Assembly (NCBI GenBank): GCA_951804945.1
Contig: OX638150.1
Coordinates: forward strand, 48,174,001 to 48,238,000
Direction of reading: 5' to 3'
From: Podarcis cretensis
Taxonomy: Eukaryota
DNA: 64,000 nucleotides
Positions within the stretch are counted from its first letter, which is position 1, and every line of letters begins with the position of its first letter. This document shows positions 24,311 to 37,599 of this stretch, piece after piece. The translations under genes and the position numbers were made by a program. The notes beneath the pieces are model-generated. The model saw only the letters and a program-made list of their open reading frames with translations, was not told the DNA's origin and did no database searches.

Positions 24311-25789
24311 ATCTAAACAAAACCCAAAAAATCTTCTTACGGATGTTTCTAGCAAAAGAAGCTTCTCAGAGGAGACTTGAAATGGCTATTTAATAGAAAA
24401 TAAACAAGTTTTGAAAGTAGGCCATGCACATCACCAATAAACATGAAAATTTCATTGGTGGGACCTTCTATCCCCTGCCAAAGTGACCTTGCTTGGTGGA
24501 AAGATGACAAAGTGCTTTCCTGGCTGTGTCTGACAGCAATGCAATCGCAACACATTTGACAAATCGCTCACATTAAATCGGGGGGCACTTTCGGCAGCAT
24601 TGGCGTCCCTATCCATCAGTCCTGATTACTACACAAACGTCAACCATGGCACAGAGCACATTTGTCAGGGGGAGTAAAAAGCAGTTGTTAGTAAGAACAC
24701 TACCTGTCATACTAATGGACTAAGGCTTGTTGCTTTGTGACTTGCAGGAGCCAGCAAATTTGCAAAAAAAAAATCAAAGCATACCTTTTATGGCTTGGCT
24801 AGTATTTCCTGAAACTGTTTGTTCCACTTTCCCATGCCCCAAAGGAGGGATTCCTCTTTAAAATGGAGAAGAACCACATGCCCTCACTCTGTGAATGAAA
24901 ATTTCAACTCTGAAGTTTATTGTCTAACTAAAATGCTGTCTTTACTGATACAAGAAATACAGTACTTTGCAGTGTGCTCATTGCAATCAAAGAGATCTTA
25001 ATCTTCATTGTTTCAACTGATTCAAGCCTTTTGGAGCTGTTTTCAGTTCTCCATATGTATACAGAAAGGAGGAAGATAAACATAATGTCAAGTATATATG
25101 CAGGGGTAGATTATTGAGACCAAAATATGAATTTTCATTTTCATTTTCATTGTATTTGTAATGAAAACTGTAGACCTAATTTGCTAGATCATATACCATA
25201 AACAAATAAGTAAAAAGGAACTGTTGAGGACTTTGTTTACTCAAAGTCCAAAAACAAGTTTATATCCTTCACTTTTATGCTATATCACATATCAGATATG
25301 TGTTATATGTTGCATCAGAAAAATAGCACTCTAGATTATTAAGATGGAAATATTGTCAGGCTGCTGGAACATCACACGTGCTGAAGAAGGTGACAGATTA
25401 AAGCACATTCTGGCAAGCAAATGCTAACAGACAGTCACTTTAATGTAAATGTGAAGTAGCTTGGTAAGTGGGAGGCCAGAATTTCCTAGAATGTCACAGA
25501 TCACTCTGACAGCTTCACTATTAATTGTAAAGGCTATGACATAATCATTTGCCTCATGAAAAACATAGGGCACCATCTAGAGAAATTATACGCACTTAAA
25601 ATTCATTGAAAAATATGACCCAGAGAAATTTTCAATAAATTAATAATCCTTAAAACTTTGAAATTAAATATTAAGGTCTAGACATAGGGGACATATAGTT
25701 AGCTTGTGTACTTGGAATCTTTTTGTTACTGTGGTTGGCTTATGTATTTAATTGACATTTTTAATCAGTTTGTATTGTAACTCACAAAG

Positions 25790-25979
25790 CAGGGATCTCC
25801 ATCCGTTTTTGGCCCATGGCCACGTTTGCAAGCTGGAAAAACTTTCACAGGCACTGCAAGCAAGTACACACTGCAATCTGTTCTTTTGGCTAAAGCAGAG
25901 TGGTGGTGGGAGGGGAATCTGGGTGCCAAGGAAGGCTCTGGGCACTACTTGTCCATGCAGGCCATGTTGGTGAGTCCTG
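25790..25979. mobile_element. Old hAT-like MITE remnant
   Basis: Degenerate termini CAGGGATCTCCA and TGGTGAGTCCTG; no clear TSD. Confidence 0.4.
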
Positions 25980-27149
25980 GACTACAAGCCTAGGCATAGG
26001 TGATTACGATATTTAGATGATGAAGATGATGATAATAACAATAAAATGTGTGTAGATAATATACAACAAAATAGTTGTTTACCCTCTCACCCAGATCTTC
26101 TGCTCACAGTTTGACGACAACTGCACACTCTCACATTGAACACAGTGAAAGCTCAGCCTTAGAGCTGAGTGTCTTCATTACTACTAAGCACATGTGCATT
26201 TTTATTTTTTAATTGATATAAATACACAGAGAGAGGGGAGGCTGTGCACGCATTACATTTTATTCTAGAATTAATGGAGACTAGTTACTTGTTTTTTTTG
26301 CATAGTCTACACACCTGCCCAATCACATTGGACTTATTACATCTCTTTTCAAATGGACACACTATGGGGTAATGCAGAATTAAACTGCATTGAGCTTTTA
26401 TTTTTGGAATGAAACCAGTTTCTCAATAAGAGCTTTTCAATAGATATATTGAATAGATATAGCTGTGAGTTTGGACATACAGCAGAAAATGTTAGCAAGA
26501 CAACTAATGAAGTAGGAGTTGAGGAAGGTGAAACATCAAGAATTTTGTGGTAGTTTAAAGTTTAAACAATGGAGGGGAAATGATGTGCATTCTGAAAGAA
26601 AGTGTGGCGTTCCCAATAATTCTTATAAGGAGTGCAACAAATCATCTTGAAAGTTATCAAAGGGAAGGCTAGTGGAAGAAAACTCTGTGTGCCATCCACT
26701 CTGCTTAAAAACAGATTTCTCTCTGATAGTGAGAGAACAGAAATCAGCTCCACATTTTATAAAATGTGATAGATAATTCCTTTCCTTTTAAGCTATCTTC
26801 TGTGTGGTTCCCCCTCCCCCTTCAGATATTTCTGTATCCATTAAGTAAAGACAAATCATTTGACCAGAGCAGCCACACACACCTTTATTCCTGTCTTGTC
26901 CACACATTGCAGACTAATAGTGGAGATGATTGTGTTAGCATAAGGTGCATGCCTTTTCACCCATCTAATAATTTCATAAATCTGCCTTTCCTGTTGGAAT
27001 GGTAAACATTACAGTTACTTCAAACAAAAGTATGGCCTACACAGTGCCTGCAATGAATGCTACACTATCATGCTATGCTGAAGTCGTCATACTCTTTATG
27101 TTCTACTGGGAATTGGGACGCTTTTGATTCTTTATTTTTTTGCCCCCAG

Positions 27150-27460
27150 GGCAGGGGATTTATAATGAAGCGCAGCACGCATTCAAGTATTAGGTTACCT
27201 TTTGGGCTTGTGTAGATATGAAGCTATGGAGGAAACCCAGCATGGTTTTTAACAAAGCCACGTTTTCTCTACAGCCTGTTAAAATGAGTAGTCAGTGTAC
27301 AATTGATTTGTGCAATGAGGAGTGAAGAGTAGGACATAGTTGATACATGTTTCTGCTTAGTATTAAAGATATGAGGAATTGTTACACGCTGATGTTTTTT
27401 TTCTACATGACCTGTGAAATTTCAGTTTGTGAAATAATTATCTTTTATGAAACCTGAGAC
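27150..27460 (+). other. Candidate non-coding exon region (alternative acceptors at 27149 and 27274, donor at 27460/27461)
   Basis: Acceptors ttctttatttttttgcccccAG and gttttctctacAG; donor ACC|GTAAGT; TE-free context. No transcript evidence. Confidence 0.3.
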
Positions 27461-28243
27461 CGTAAGTACCTTTAATTGATTTTGAAAGCAAAGGGCAGGG
27501 GCACGCTTCATTACTTTCTGACAGTAGGGTGTCTCCCTTAGTGGTTTTGCCCTAGGTTCATCAAGCAAACTTCTGGGTGGCCCAATAGAACGATTAATTC
27601 AGCTGAAATGATGAAGAATGAAAATGTTTCTAACTATATGTTCTCAAATTTTTGTTTGTTTATATGCTGTATTATTTTTACTGATCTGCTCTACCCCCAC
27701 CCTCGCGTTGTCTTCATATAAAACAAACAAATATTACATCCGCTACTAAGTAATGTAGATATAATAATGTAGGTTTTCTTCATAGAGTATGCTAACTTAA
27801 GACCTTGAAATCTCTTGTGCAGACCCTGACAATGTGCCTCACACTTAATTTTCTGGCATCATAGGCAGAATAAACCTTTAGGTGAGGAAAGGAGGACAGC
27901 TTTGTCACTAGTAGAAAGGGGTTTATCACCATGAGGCTGTTTCACACATCATTATAATGAATGTGGAAGATTTCAAACACTTGTTTACTGGGAAAAAAGT
28001 GACTGTATTCTTTTCCCGAAATTGTTAACCCACAAATGTGAAAAGCTTGAGTCAGCTGTTGACATCTGGACTTAGAAATATTCAGAAATGAAGGCCTTAA
28101 TGAGTTTAGCCTTCCTTTTACCTGCTTCCTACTTTCCAATTCTTTAGCGTTTCGCATATCAAATTTACAAATGCATGCCTCATCCCTTGAAGAAGAGGGA
28201 AGCTAAAAGCTCGATTTTTCAGAATTGTAATGTGTGTTGTGTG

Positions 28244-28760
28244 TTGGCATTTGTCTTAAGAGATAATGGAGTTTACCTCCAGGGGTGAAGTTAATCACTA
28301 CACTAGCAGCACCAAAGTGACCTCCTCAGGGCACCAGCTGAGGAAGAGCGTATGCAGGTCCTGGGCTGACCAGATGACAAGACCCACCTCTTGGCTTCAC
28401 TGTTGAGGCCCAAAGGAAAGCAGAGCAATACATTTGGCACCAGCTTGGCTGCAGGAATTGCCAGAAGGAGATGTACGAGGCACAATCTAACTGTCTTAGG
28501 AACTCCACTTGGAATTTCTGTAGAATTTGCTCTTTAGTCCTAAAATATCTCACAAGACAGTGGAGTTTTGGATCAGAGTTTTCCTTCTTCTAGATTGGCT
28601 ACCTTCCCAGGTTGATGAGCCCCATTTGTTCCTTATTTCCCTCCACAGCACATGTAGAAACTACCTTCTTGACTTTGGGACTACTATTGGTCTCATTCAC
28701 TCAATCCTCCAGAGCCCGTTTTGCATGCATGGGAACTCCCTAACTCACTGAGGGTTTGAG
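28244..28760 (-). mobile_element. Non-autonomous RTE-derived element (RTE 5'-UTR-like part joined to an RTE 3' tail)
   Basis: 28244-28297 aligns with the RTE 3' end at 43950-44009; the minus strand carries an RTE 5'-UTR-like motif, ctagaagaaggaaaactctgatccaaaactcc; no ORF. The 5' boundary is approximate. Confidence 0.65.
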
Positions 28761-29807
28761 GGTTTCTTTTTGCAAGAGAAGGTGTTATTAACAAAATAAT
28801 ATTTAGCGTATTATATTTTTGCTTAGTGAAGTAGTTTGAAAAAATGAAAAAATAATAATTTTAATTTATTTTTCAAACAGATTTAATAGCTCTGAAATGT
28901 TTTAGAATATCTTACTTGCTTTCAGGTGTTAATCACTACACATCAAAAAATAACAGAAATTTTAAAAATGCTCAAAATCCTAAATGTCCAATCAAAACAC
29001 AACCTTAATTATTTTTAAAAAAGGTTGTCATTACTTTTGTGCACTGATCACTTGCTTGCTTTTCATAAGATGCCATCTATTTTTAGAAGTGTTACCATCA
29101 TGCTTTACACTGTATTAGTTAGATTAAGAATGGATTAGATGAACTAAATCTATTATTAAAAGGCAATTCTATTGTGTACTGCAAAATACAACCACAATTC
29201 TTTCTTTTTTTCTGAATTGCAGATATCATTGACACAAATTTCCATAAGTTTTATTTAGCTTATTTGTGCTTATGTGGCATTAAAATTGCAGGGAGAAGTA
29301 AAAAGTAAAATATTGTGCTAAATTGGATTGTGTTTAGAGTGAACATTCCCACCTAGGTTGCTTTTTTGTTTCTGTATATCCACAAACACTGCATTTGTTG
29401 GTCAGCATATAACCATTTTTTTGCATTGTTATTTAAGCATTAAATGTTTTAATGGGCTAAATCCAGACTTGTCCTTCTGTAAACAGGACTTATTTCAGTC
29501 TGAAGGGAATGAGAGTCAGAGGAGACCCCTGCTGGAAGTAGGAGATGAGATATACAGTACTTTTTGCTGTTTCCCTCTTCTTCCACCCATGGCTCTAGAA
29601 GGTTTCCAACTGGAGCAGTTTGTGGCAAGGGAAGTACGGGGTGGGTGGGGGGTTAAAATTGTCTCCGGCAGAAGTGTCCTGTAAGAGGAGTTCTATTCAC
29701 AGGAGTAAAGCCTATATTTTATTTTCCTTTGTTGTTTTGTATTGTGTGTATTAGTTGTGGGCCACCTTATGCCCTCAGTCTAATTTCACATGGTTGAAGG
29801 AATCAAG

Positions 29808-29867
29808 AGAGAGAGAGAAGGAAGGAAGGAAGGAAGGAAGGAAGGAAGGAAGGAAGGAAGGAAGGAA
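29808..29867. repeat. (GA)n(GGAA)n microsatellite
   Basis: Read directly from the sequence. Confidence 0.97.
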
Positions 29868-30109
29868 AAACTGATGGAAGGAGAAAAGGAGTTCAGACCT
29901 CTAGCAAGAGTGATCTGATCCTCCAGTAGTTTTCAGGATGGGGAGAAGCAAGGGATGTGGAGGAAAGAGAAAAGGGTCACAGGAAGAAAAGGAGGTGACT
30001 TTTGCCACTTTTTACTCCTGCCCTTCCCCCTTCTGGCTTCAGCCCTGTCCACTGACAGCATGCAGCCCTTGAATTTGGGCAGGTGAGAATATAATTCATG
30101 TGATTGGAC

Positions 30110-30247
30110 CAGGGTTGCCAACTTGAATAAAATATTGGGGGGGGGGGTAAATTCCATCCACATTATTGATCACATGATGTGGCACACACACACCATTTGA
30201 ATGGCAATGCCCATCAACCGGGGAGGAGGGGGCAGTCTCCTCAAATG
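30110..30247 (+). mobile_element. Truncated hAT-like non-autonomous element
   Basis: Begins CAGGGTTGCCAAC, a typical hAT terminus; the other end is not found. Confidence 0.4.
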
Positions 30248-31782
30248 TTGAAGAGAGTAAACACAATTTCAAGCATCCCAGATGCTTTCAAATTGTTTAT
30301 ATCTTTCTGTTAATATTGTTCAAAGAACTTGAATTATTGAGCTGGTTGATCTTTGCAAAAATTAGATAAGATTTTTAAAATAAAGCATAAAAAACTTGTT
30401 GAACACTTACATTGTGAAGGATCAATGAATGTCTGTGTTACGTGTTTGAGATTTTGTCTACCATTGTTTTGTATTTGACTAGTTTTTTTTCATGGTTTTG
30501 AAAAATTGTTTCTGTTGCTAATTCCAGCATATTTTATCTTTTTTTACCTGCTAGCCAAATCATAATAAGGTTTTTCAAAGCAGAACAGCAAAAAGTTGCT
30601 TTCTCTCTAGGATTGAATGAAACAGTACCTTTCGTTTATCCAAAGAAGTTAATTTTACATTATGAGATCTCCAAGGAAAATTTATTAAAAGTGAAAGATC
30701 TGCATATTCATGAGTTATTGTTGCTGACAGCCACATACGTCTAAAGGGTACTTTCTAGACTGAACCTAACAAGGTTGCATTAGGGTGCAATTTGTTTTAC
30801 AACAGTGCTAATTTATCTTTTTTAATGCAAGCAAACTGAGTGAAATTAGGAAATAAATAATTGTTATATTTTTGTTGAAGTTTCAGTTATAAAGTGTGAT
30901 GATTGGGAGAGAACATTTGAATTAGAAAAATAAAATGAAAGACAAAATGTTAACAAAATAATGCATTTTTATTTTCAGCGCTCAGAATAACAGCTTTAGC
31001 TTTTCTATACTTGTTTGTGTCCTAAAGTACAGTATGATAAAAATAAGAAGGGGGGGGGGGACCCTACAGACATGACAGTTGCTTAAAGTACCATTTCCAG
31101 TGATGGAAATGACAGCTTCTCCCTAGGGAGAAAGAAACAGCCTCACAGTCATTCTTTTCTGTATATGTACTATTCCAAATACTAGATAGAAGCCCATTTG
31201 GCTTGGTTTTTCATCACTTTGTTTTTCCTGTGTTTTCTTTTATTTGTTTTTCTGTTGTTTCTTTTAAAACTACTGCAGACATTTGTGAACCATGGACCTG
31301 TAAATTGGTCCATCTTTATTTTGTTACTTGTATTTCAAAAACCCCAAGCAAAAATGATAGAGGAAAGAGGAGTACTTAAAATAGATGATTCTGAGAAAGC
31401 CTTAATTTTATAGAAACATGGGTAGTATTTGAAATAAATATTTCTTCAGAGCTGGCAATTTTAATTGGAATAATTGTTTTGACTATGAGCCAGTACAATA
31501 ATAGTAGTAGAGAGAATAGCTATATTTCTTAAAACAACACAATTTTATATAAGAGATCAAATTTCATATCTTCAGATGTAATATATATTGTCCCTCACAT
31601 AGGAAGTCAGCCAACCTGCATTCATCCCTGTCTGTAACATTGAAAAGTTTGGAGTAGATGGGTGGGGTGGAATGATAACTTCCCCTTATTTTCATTTTAG
31701 GGTACTGCACCAAAATGGGATGGCTCAGTGGTGTTATTTATATGTTTCATGTATTCTAGCTATACTGGAATTTATTCCACAT

Positions 31783-31884
31783 CAAAATAAAAAAATTCCT
31801 TCCAGTAGCACCTTAAAGACCAACTAAGTTAGTTCTTGGTATGAGCTTTCGTGTGCATGCACACTTCTTCAGAACTTCTTCTTC
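31783..31884 (-). mobile_element. Second Penelope-like terminal fragment with truncated hammerhead
   Basis: 31783-31873 is identical to 12173-12263; it is followed by an ACTTCTTCTTC filler; 11-bp TSD TTATTCCACAT at 31772-31782 and 31885-31895. Confidence 0.88.
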
Positions 31885-32262
31885 TTATTCCACATGATAT
31901 GGTTATGGGACTATTTTTTATCTGGTGTAATCTCATAGAATTGGACAAGTGCAATAAAATATGGTTAGGTATCCTGTATGTGAAAGAAGTAAAAAATTAT
32001 AAATGTGTGCACTTATATCTCTGTGTCTCATGCAGTACCAACATGCAGAGTTTGTACTTGGCTATCCATATCAGAAGCAGCCCTAAGGACTCATTAATCA
32101 AGCTAGTTTTGTCAAAATCAATTTGGCCAAAGAAAGAGGTGCAAAATTAGTTTCTCAGAGTGTCTTGCAAGGGTTGGTTGTTGTTTTTTTTAATCTGAAA
32201 ATTTTCAGAAAAAATCATGGAAGAATTATACATGCCCAGATTTCTTTCTTCATACTTTTGAC

Positions 32263-32512
32263 CAGGGGTAGGCAGACTAAGGCCCGGGGGCCAGATCCAG
32301 CCCAACCACCTTCTAATTCCAGCCCGCAGACGGCCCAGGAATCAGCGTGTTTTTACATGAGTAGAACGTGTCCTTTTATTTAAAATGCATCTCTGAGTTA
32401 TTTGTATGGCATGGAAATTTGTTCATTTTTTTTTTCAAAAGATAGTCCGGTCCACCACATGGTCTGAGGGACGGTGGACCGGCCCACGGCTGGAAAAGGT
32501 TGCTGACCCCTG
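32263..32512. mobile_element. Non-autonomous hAT/Charlie MITE with OposCharlie1-like subterminal sequence
   Basis: Termini CAGGGGTAGGCA and TGCTGACCCCTG; TSD CTTTTGAC (32255-62) / CTATTGAC (32513-20). Family resemblance is from memory. Confidence 0.85.
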
Positions 32513-35198
32513 CTATTGACCTTCTAGATTGTTGTTTCAATTGCTTTGCATTCCTCATCAGATTTGTTTATGCTGGTTATCACAGCCAATTCTTCACATG
32601 ATAACAAAGGTCATTTGCATGTTGTACATGCATCTTTTGTCTGAGACAGATATATCAACCCTACTGTTTAGTCCAGAAAAGAAATACTTTGTGAAAAATT
32701 GGATGTGAAATTATTGTGTGTTTTTGTTTTTGTTGTAAATTAAAAAAAATATATTTAATAAAAAAATTAAAATAAAAAACCCTACTGTTTAGGTAGGCAA
32801 ATGTGGAAAATATTGGGGTAGGCCTTCCTATGTTTTGCCGTTTATCAGCTGCCCTTAGAAGCCACATGCATAGAAGTAGGTCTAGGAAGTACTAATCTTA
32901 ATCTTTGGCAGTAAAAGCCACCACTTCAACAAAAGAAGTGAACTGTGTCTCCTATTCTGTCTTTTATTCCCACTGCATACCAGGTACTTGGCTCTTGTAG
33001 TCAGATGTGTTTGTTATTTTTAGAAAGGGGAGTTCTGCTGCTTTGGCCGGAATCTCTGTAGTCCTGGATTCTGATTATGAGTTCACTGCTTGCCAAGAAG
33101 CTTCCCTGCAGATATCTGCTCTAGAGAATGGTTCTGTGTATGGCACTGACCCAGAAACACATTGTTCATGCTTTACAGGTAATAGCAAATTTCATTCTGA
33201 ATCGAGATGTCCCTGCTGAACCAAAGACTTCAGATGCAACAGGATGAGCATAACAATGACTGAAAGTAGACTTAAAATGTAACATTCTCAGGGATTTATA
33301 TATCACAAATTTGGAATATAGCAAATTTCAAACAGGCATGTTTAAATATACATTATGATGACATTTATGAATAGCTTTGCTTTGATCATTTGCACAAAAC
33401 TTAACAAATCTAGTGGGAAGAAACATGATAATAATTAACAGCTGTGAATTTGCCTTCATAAGTAATATTTATTAAAATGTTATACACACACATACACACA
33501 AAAATAGATGGCAACGTTCATAACAAATTAAGGCAACATGTTATGCAAGTATCTTGTCATTTATAAGAGCTTTGTGAATGCGCACATAATAATTTGATAC
33601 TTTTGTGGAGTTAGAAATTATGAATATAGATAATAAAATATTCAGAAGGAAGATTTAAATATTAACATTGCATTGGAATTATTTGGCAGCTGTGAATGTG
33701 GCAGGCAGAACTGTCTGCCAAACAGACAAGTTGATTTAGAGATCAGAGTGGGGTATACAGACCTACAGTTAACTCAGAAGGGACTACAGTTGTTAAAGTG
33801 ACATTTTCATTCCTCTGGGAGAAGGTAGTTGAAGTAAAGTTTACAGATGCCCTGTTGGTTTGTCTGAAGTATAGCTGTGACACTGGCGCTAGAGGGATTT
33901 GTTTGGCAGACCTCTTTATGTGCTTGTGTGTGTATTTTTGTGAAGCTACAGTAATTGGTGGCAATTGAGGATGTGGACAAAACATAAAGGAAGAAAGGCT
34001 GCAGTGTATTAAATTAGATGTTTTCACCAGTAGCAAACCCCATCAGGACATAGATTTATGAACTCATTTTTGGGATTTGTGTGGAAACTATGCTAGCTAT
34101 ATACATTGTCTATTGAACAAATGCAATATAGATTTCTAAAATCCAAAGCACATCTTCCCATTGTTTATCTTTATCTACCTCATTTTTCCTGATGTAGTTC
34201 TTGACTCTCCCTTTCTTCTCTGGTGCATAACACAAACCAATTTGTGGTTTGCCTCAGGTGCCAGACTGGCCCTGATTGAGCCTAAGTTCTAAAATTCAAA
34301 TACCTAACAAAGGTAGTATCTATTGATATGCAGAGACCTAACATATTTAAAGGGATGGACATTTAATTATAGTCATATTGCCTGGCAAGTGTCTCAACAT
34401 TGATCACTTCAGAGAAGCATCCCTTCACATAGCTGTGTTTGCCAGCTGTCTGTGCTTTAGTATATGGATCTGGAAAGAGGATCAATTATCTAACTTGTGG
34501 CAATAAGCAGGAAAAGGTGATGGGGTAAGGCACTATATATATGCAAATGTTCTTAAACTCCAAGTGGTTCCTTTCTTTCACTAAAAAAATTGTTTTTGTG
34601 CAAAACCAGACACAGAAAATGAAAGTGAGATGATTCATCTTAAATAGCAACAGTTGGGGAGTATAGTTCTATTATTGCATGCATTTTAGGCTTATTTTGC
34701 ACACACGCCTTTCTTTCTCATATGTAGTCAATTTTGTTTATGCAATGTTCTCAGACTGGTTATAACACTTTGTATGCTTTCTAACACTCCTGAACACATG
34801 CTGCAATCTCCCAAAATTTCACAGCTTGCTATATCTTGTTTCTTCCATATTGCCAACCAAGAAAAGATTTGTAATACATTGTGCAAGCTTAGACTATTAA
34901 TTCAGTCAATTCAGTTAAGATTAATTGTAAATATAACTAGCAGAGACAAGCCTTGTAGAGAACCTGGCCAAAGACACACAGCACTCATCCTTCACATTCT
35001 AATGTAATCTTTAGCCCTCAAGGCCTTTTTGGGTGGCCTTCCACAGCATTTGATGCCCCTGTCACAGCCCTCACACTGCTTTCCCCAAGCCAGGTAAGTG
35101 AGGTGCTGGGTTTTAGAAAGGAGGTGTGAGAGGACTGGCAGGGTGCCTGAATCCTCCCGCCTCCTTCCCAAAGCTTAGCTAATGCCTCCCCAGCTTAC

Positions 35199-35386
35199 GT
35201 ACCGCTCCGGCGGGAAGGTAAACGGCATTTCCGTGCGCTGCTCTGTTTCGACAGAAGCGGCTTAGTCATGCTGGCCACATGACCCGGAAGCTGTACACCA
35301 GCTCCCTCGGCCAATAAAGCAAGATGAGCGCCGCAACCCCAGAGTCGTCCGCGACGACCTAACGGTCAGGGGTCCCTTTACCTTTA
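35199..35386 (+). mobile_element. 5'-truncated Sauria SINE, subfamily 2
   Basis: Matches the 3' half of the 61519-61869 copy (gaagcggcttagtcatgctggccacatgacccggaag...ggtccctttaccttt). Confidence 0.9.
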
Positions 35387-36190
35387 AGACCATGTTATTT
35401 TAATGGCATGAACTTTTGTATACTACAAACCACATTACCAGATTTTCAAACGGTGAGAAAAAAAAGATATGTATTCTTGTTCTTCTGCAATCTACTTGAT
35501 ATATCAAGTGTGATATTTAGTTTTTGTGGGTTATAACAATTATTAGACCTCAACCACAAATGTACTCCAAGTGAAAGCTACATATGTTTTATGATTGGGA
35601 TATATGTTTTATGATTGTGTGTTTGTGTGTGTGTAATATGTGTTATTTGTAAACATGTACTTGGAATCTGCTTATGAGTTCAGGAAAACTGTGTGTAAGC
35701 AATAAACATTCCTACCTAATAAGCACCTCCATTAAGAAAATCCTTCTGCTCATATTTTTGTGTTATGAGGTATTGTCCCCAATCCTGTTGGTTATTTTGT
35801 GAAAATATACTCTGTTTTGTCTAATCAAGAAGTTCTCAAGTTCATGTTTGATTGAATCATAACATAGAAGATCTGTAATGGAAATTCAAAGCTTTTGATT
35901 TAAAGCCTGCACTTGCTATTGGCAGATAGATGTATGTCAGTGTGAAAGTTTTTCAATTAGAATCCTAATATGGTTTTAAAAGTCCAACAGCTGTGAGTAA
36001 TTATAATACATGAGTATGAATCCATGTGCAAACAGATTTATGCAGCAGTCCTCTTGCTAACTGTTTGCTTCAATAATTAAACATAGGTTAACAGGATGCT
36101 TAGTCATTTCTGTACAATACCCCCCCCCCTTAATTATTATTTGGACTTACTCATGTTTACAATAATTAGTGACAGCTAATGATATGAATA

Positions 36191-36554
36191 GGGACGCAGG
36201 TGGCGCTGTGGGTTAAAGCCTCAGCGCCTAGGACTTGCCGATCGAAAGGTCGGCGGTTCGAATCCCTGCGGCGGGGTGCGCTCCCGCTGCTCGGTCCCAG
36301 CGCCTGCCAACCTAGCAGTTCGAAAGCACCTCTGGGTGCAAGTAGATAAATAGGGACCGCTTACCAGCGGGAAGGTAAACGGCGTTTCCGTGTGCGGCTC
36401 TGGCTTGCCAGAGCAGCGATGTCACGCTGGCCACGTGACCCGGAAGTGTCTCCGGACAGCGCTGGCCCCTGGCCTCTTAAGTGAGATGGGCGCACAACCC
36501 CAGAGTCTGTCAAGACTGGCCCGTACGGGCAGGGGTACCTTTACCTTTACCTTT
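36191..36554 (+). mobile_element. Full-length young Sauria (Squam1) SINE, subfamily 1
   Basis: tRNA-like head with A box TGGCGCTGTGG and B box GGTTCGAATCC, (ACCTTT)n tail, 13-bp TSD TAATGATATGAAT (36177-89, 36555-67); CpGs intact. Confidence 0.96.
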
Positions 36555-37367
36555 TAATGATATGAATTGAGATTTTTTGTGAATTTGGCATGCATAGCTC
36601 AATAATCACTATTGTACTAAAAAAAGTCAAAATAAGCTAAAGGGTAAAAAGATCCAAAAGTGTGCGTGTGCGTGTGTGTATGCACCAATTATATTATTCA
36701 CTGAAGCTAAAACATACTGCAAATGTGAAGATAGGATGGTACAATAGTACCACCTGCCACATCTCTCTGGCTTACTTGCCACGATGTTTGTATGGTTAGA
36801 AAGTTCACAAATGTTGAAAAAGAGAACAGTTTCTATGAAGACAGTAGCCCTGGATAGGCATTTAGCCTGCTCATGGGTAGACTAGATGTGGCTAGGTGCA
36901 TGTGCCATTCCCAGTATCCCTTGTCCACTGCCCCTCTCCCTCACCACAACCCTGGCTGTTACATATTTAGCATGAAAGTCTGAAGGGGGCAGCTGAATAT
37001 GTTTACAATCTTCTGCACTATCAGAAACCTACTATTATCAGAGTTCTTGTTCTTGATGAGATATCTATCTGCATTCAGCTGAATACAGTTCAGGTATTTG
37101 TATTAGACACCCGACGGAGGGGAGGACAGTGTGCAGTGGACACTGAGAGTAGGTATGGTGTGGGTGCGCACCTGACACCCTACACATATATAGTCCACCC
37201 GTGATCAGGTTAACTCTTTGAACATGGCTAGTGAAATGTTCATTTGGCTAGGGAAAATTTTAAGATACATTTACGAAATGTGTGTCAAGCTTAAATGCCC
37301 CATTAAGTAGATGGCCATAGGTTACACTCATAATTTTTATTCTGCACCAGCCTTTTTATTGACAGTA

Positions 37368-37599
37368 CAGTGGTAGCTTGGGTTAAGAACTTAATTCGTT
37401 CCGGAGGTCCATTCTTAACCTGAAACTGCTCTTGACCTGAGGTACCACTTTAGCTAATGGGGCTGCTGCGCAGACGCCACGCGATTTCTGTTCTCACCCT
37501 GAAGCAAAGTTCTTAACCTGAGGTACTATTTCTGGGTTAGCGGAGTCTGTAACCTGAAGCGTCTATAACCTGAAGCATCTGTAACCCGAGGTACCACTG
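37368..37599 (+). mobile_element. Tc1/mariner MITE, family A
   Basis: TA-CAGTGGTAGCT...AGGTACCACTG-TA; homologous to 14331-14556. Confidence 0.93.

Noticed and set aside
28290-28941. 14-bp direct repeat GTTAATCACTACAC as a possible TSD
   Set aside because: The first copy lies inside the RTE-derived tail, so it cannot bound an insertion; treated as chance.
36452-36463. REST/RE1 right half-site GGACAGCGC in the young SINEs
   Set aside because: The left half TTCAGCACC is absent; a half-site alone is weak evidence.
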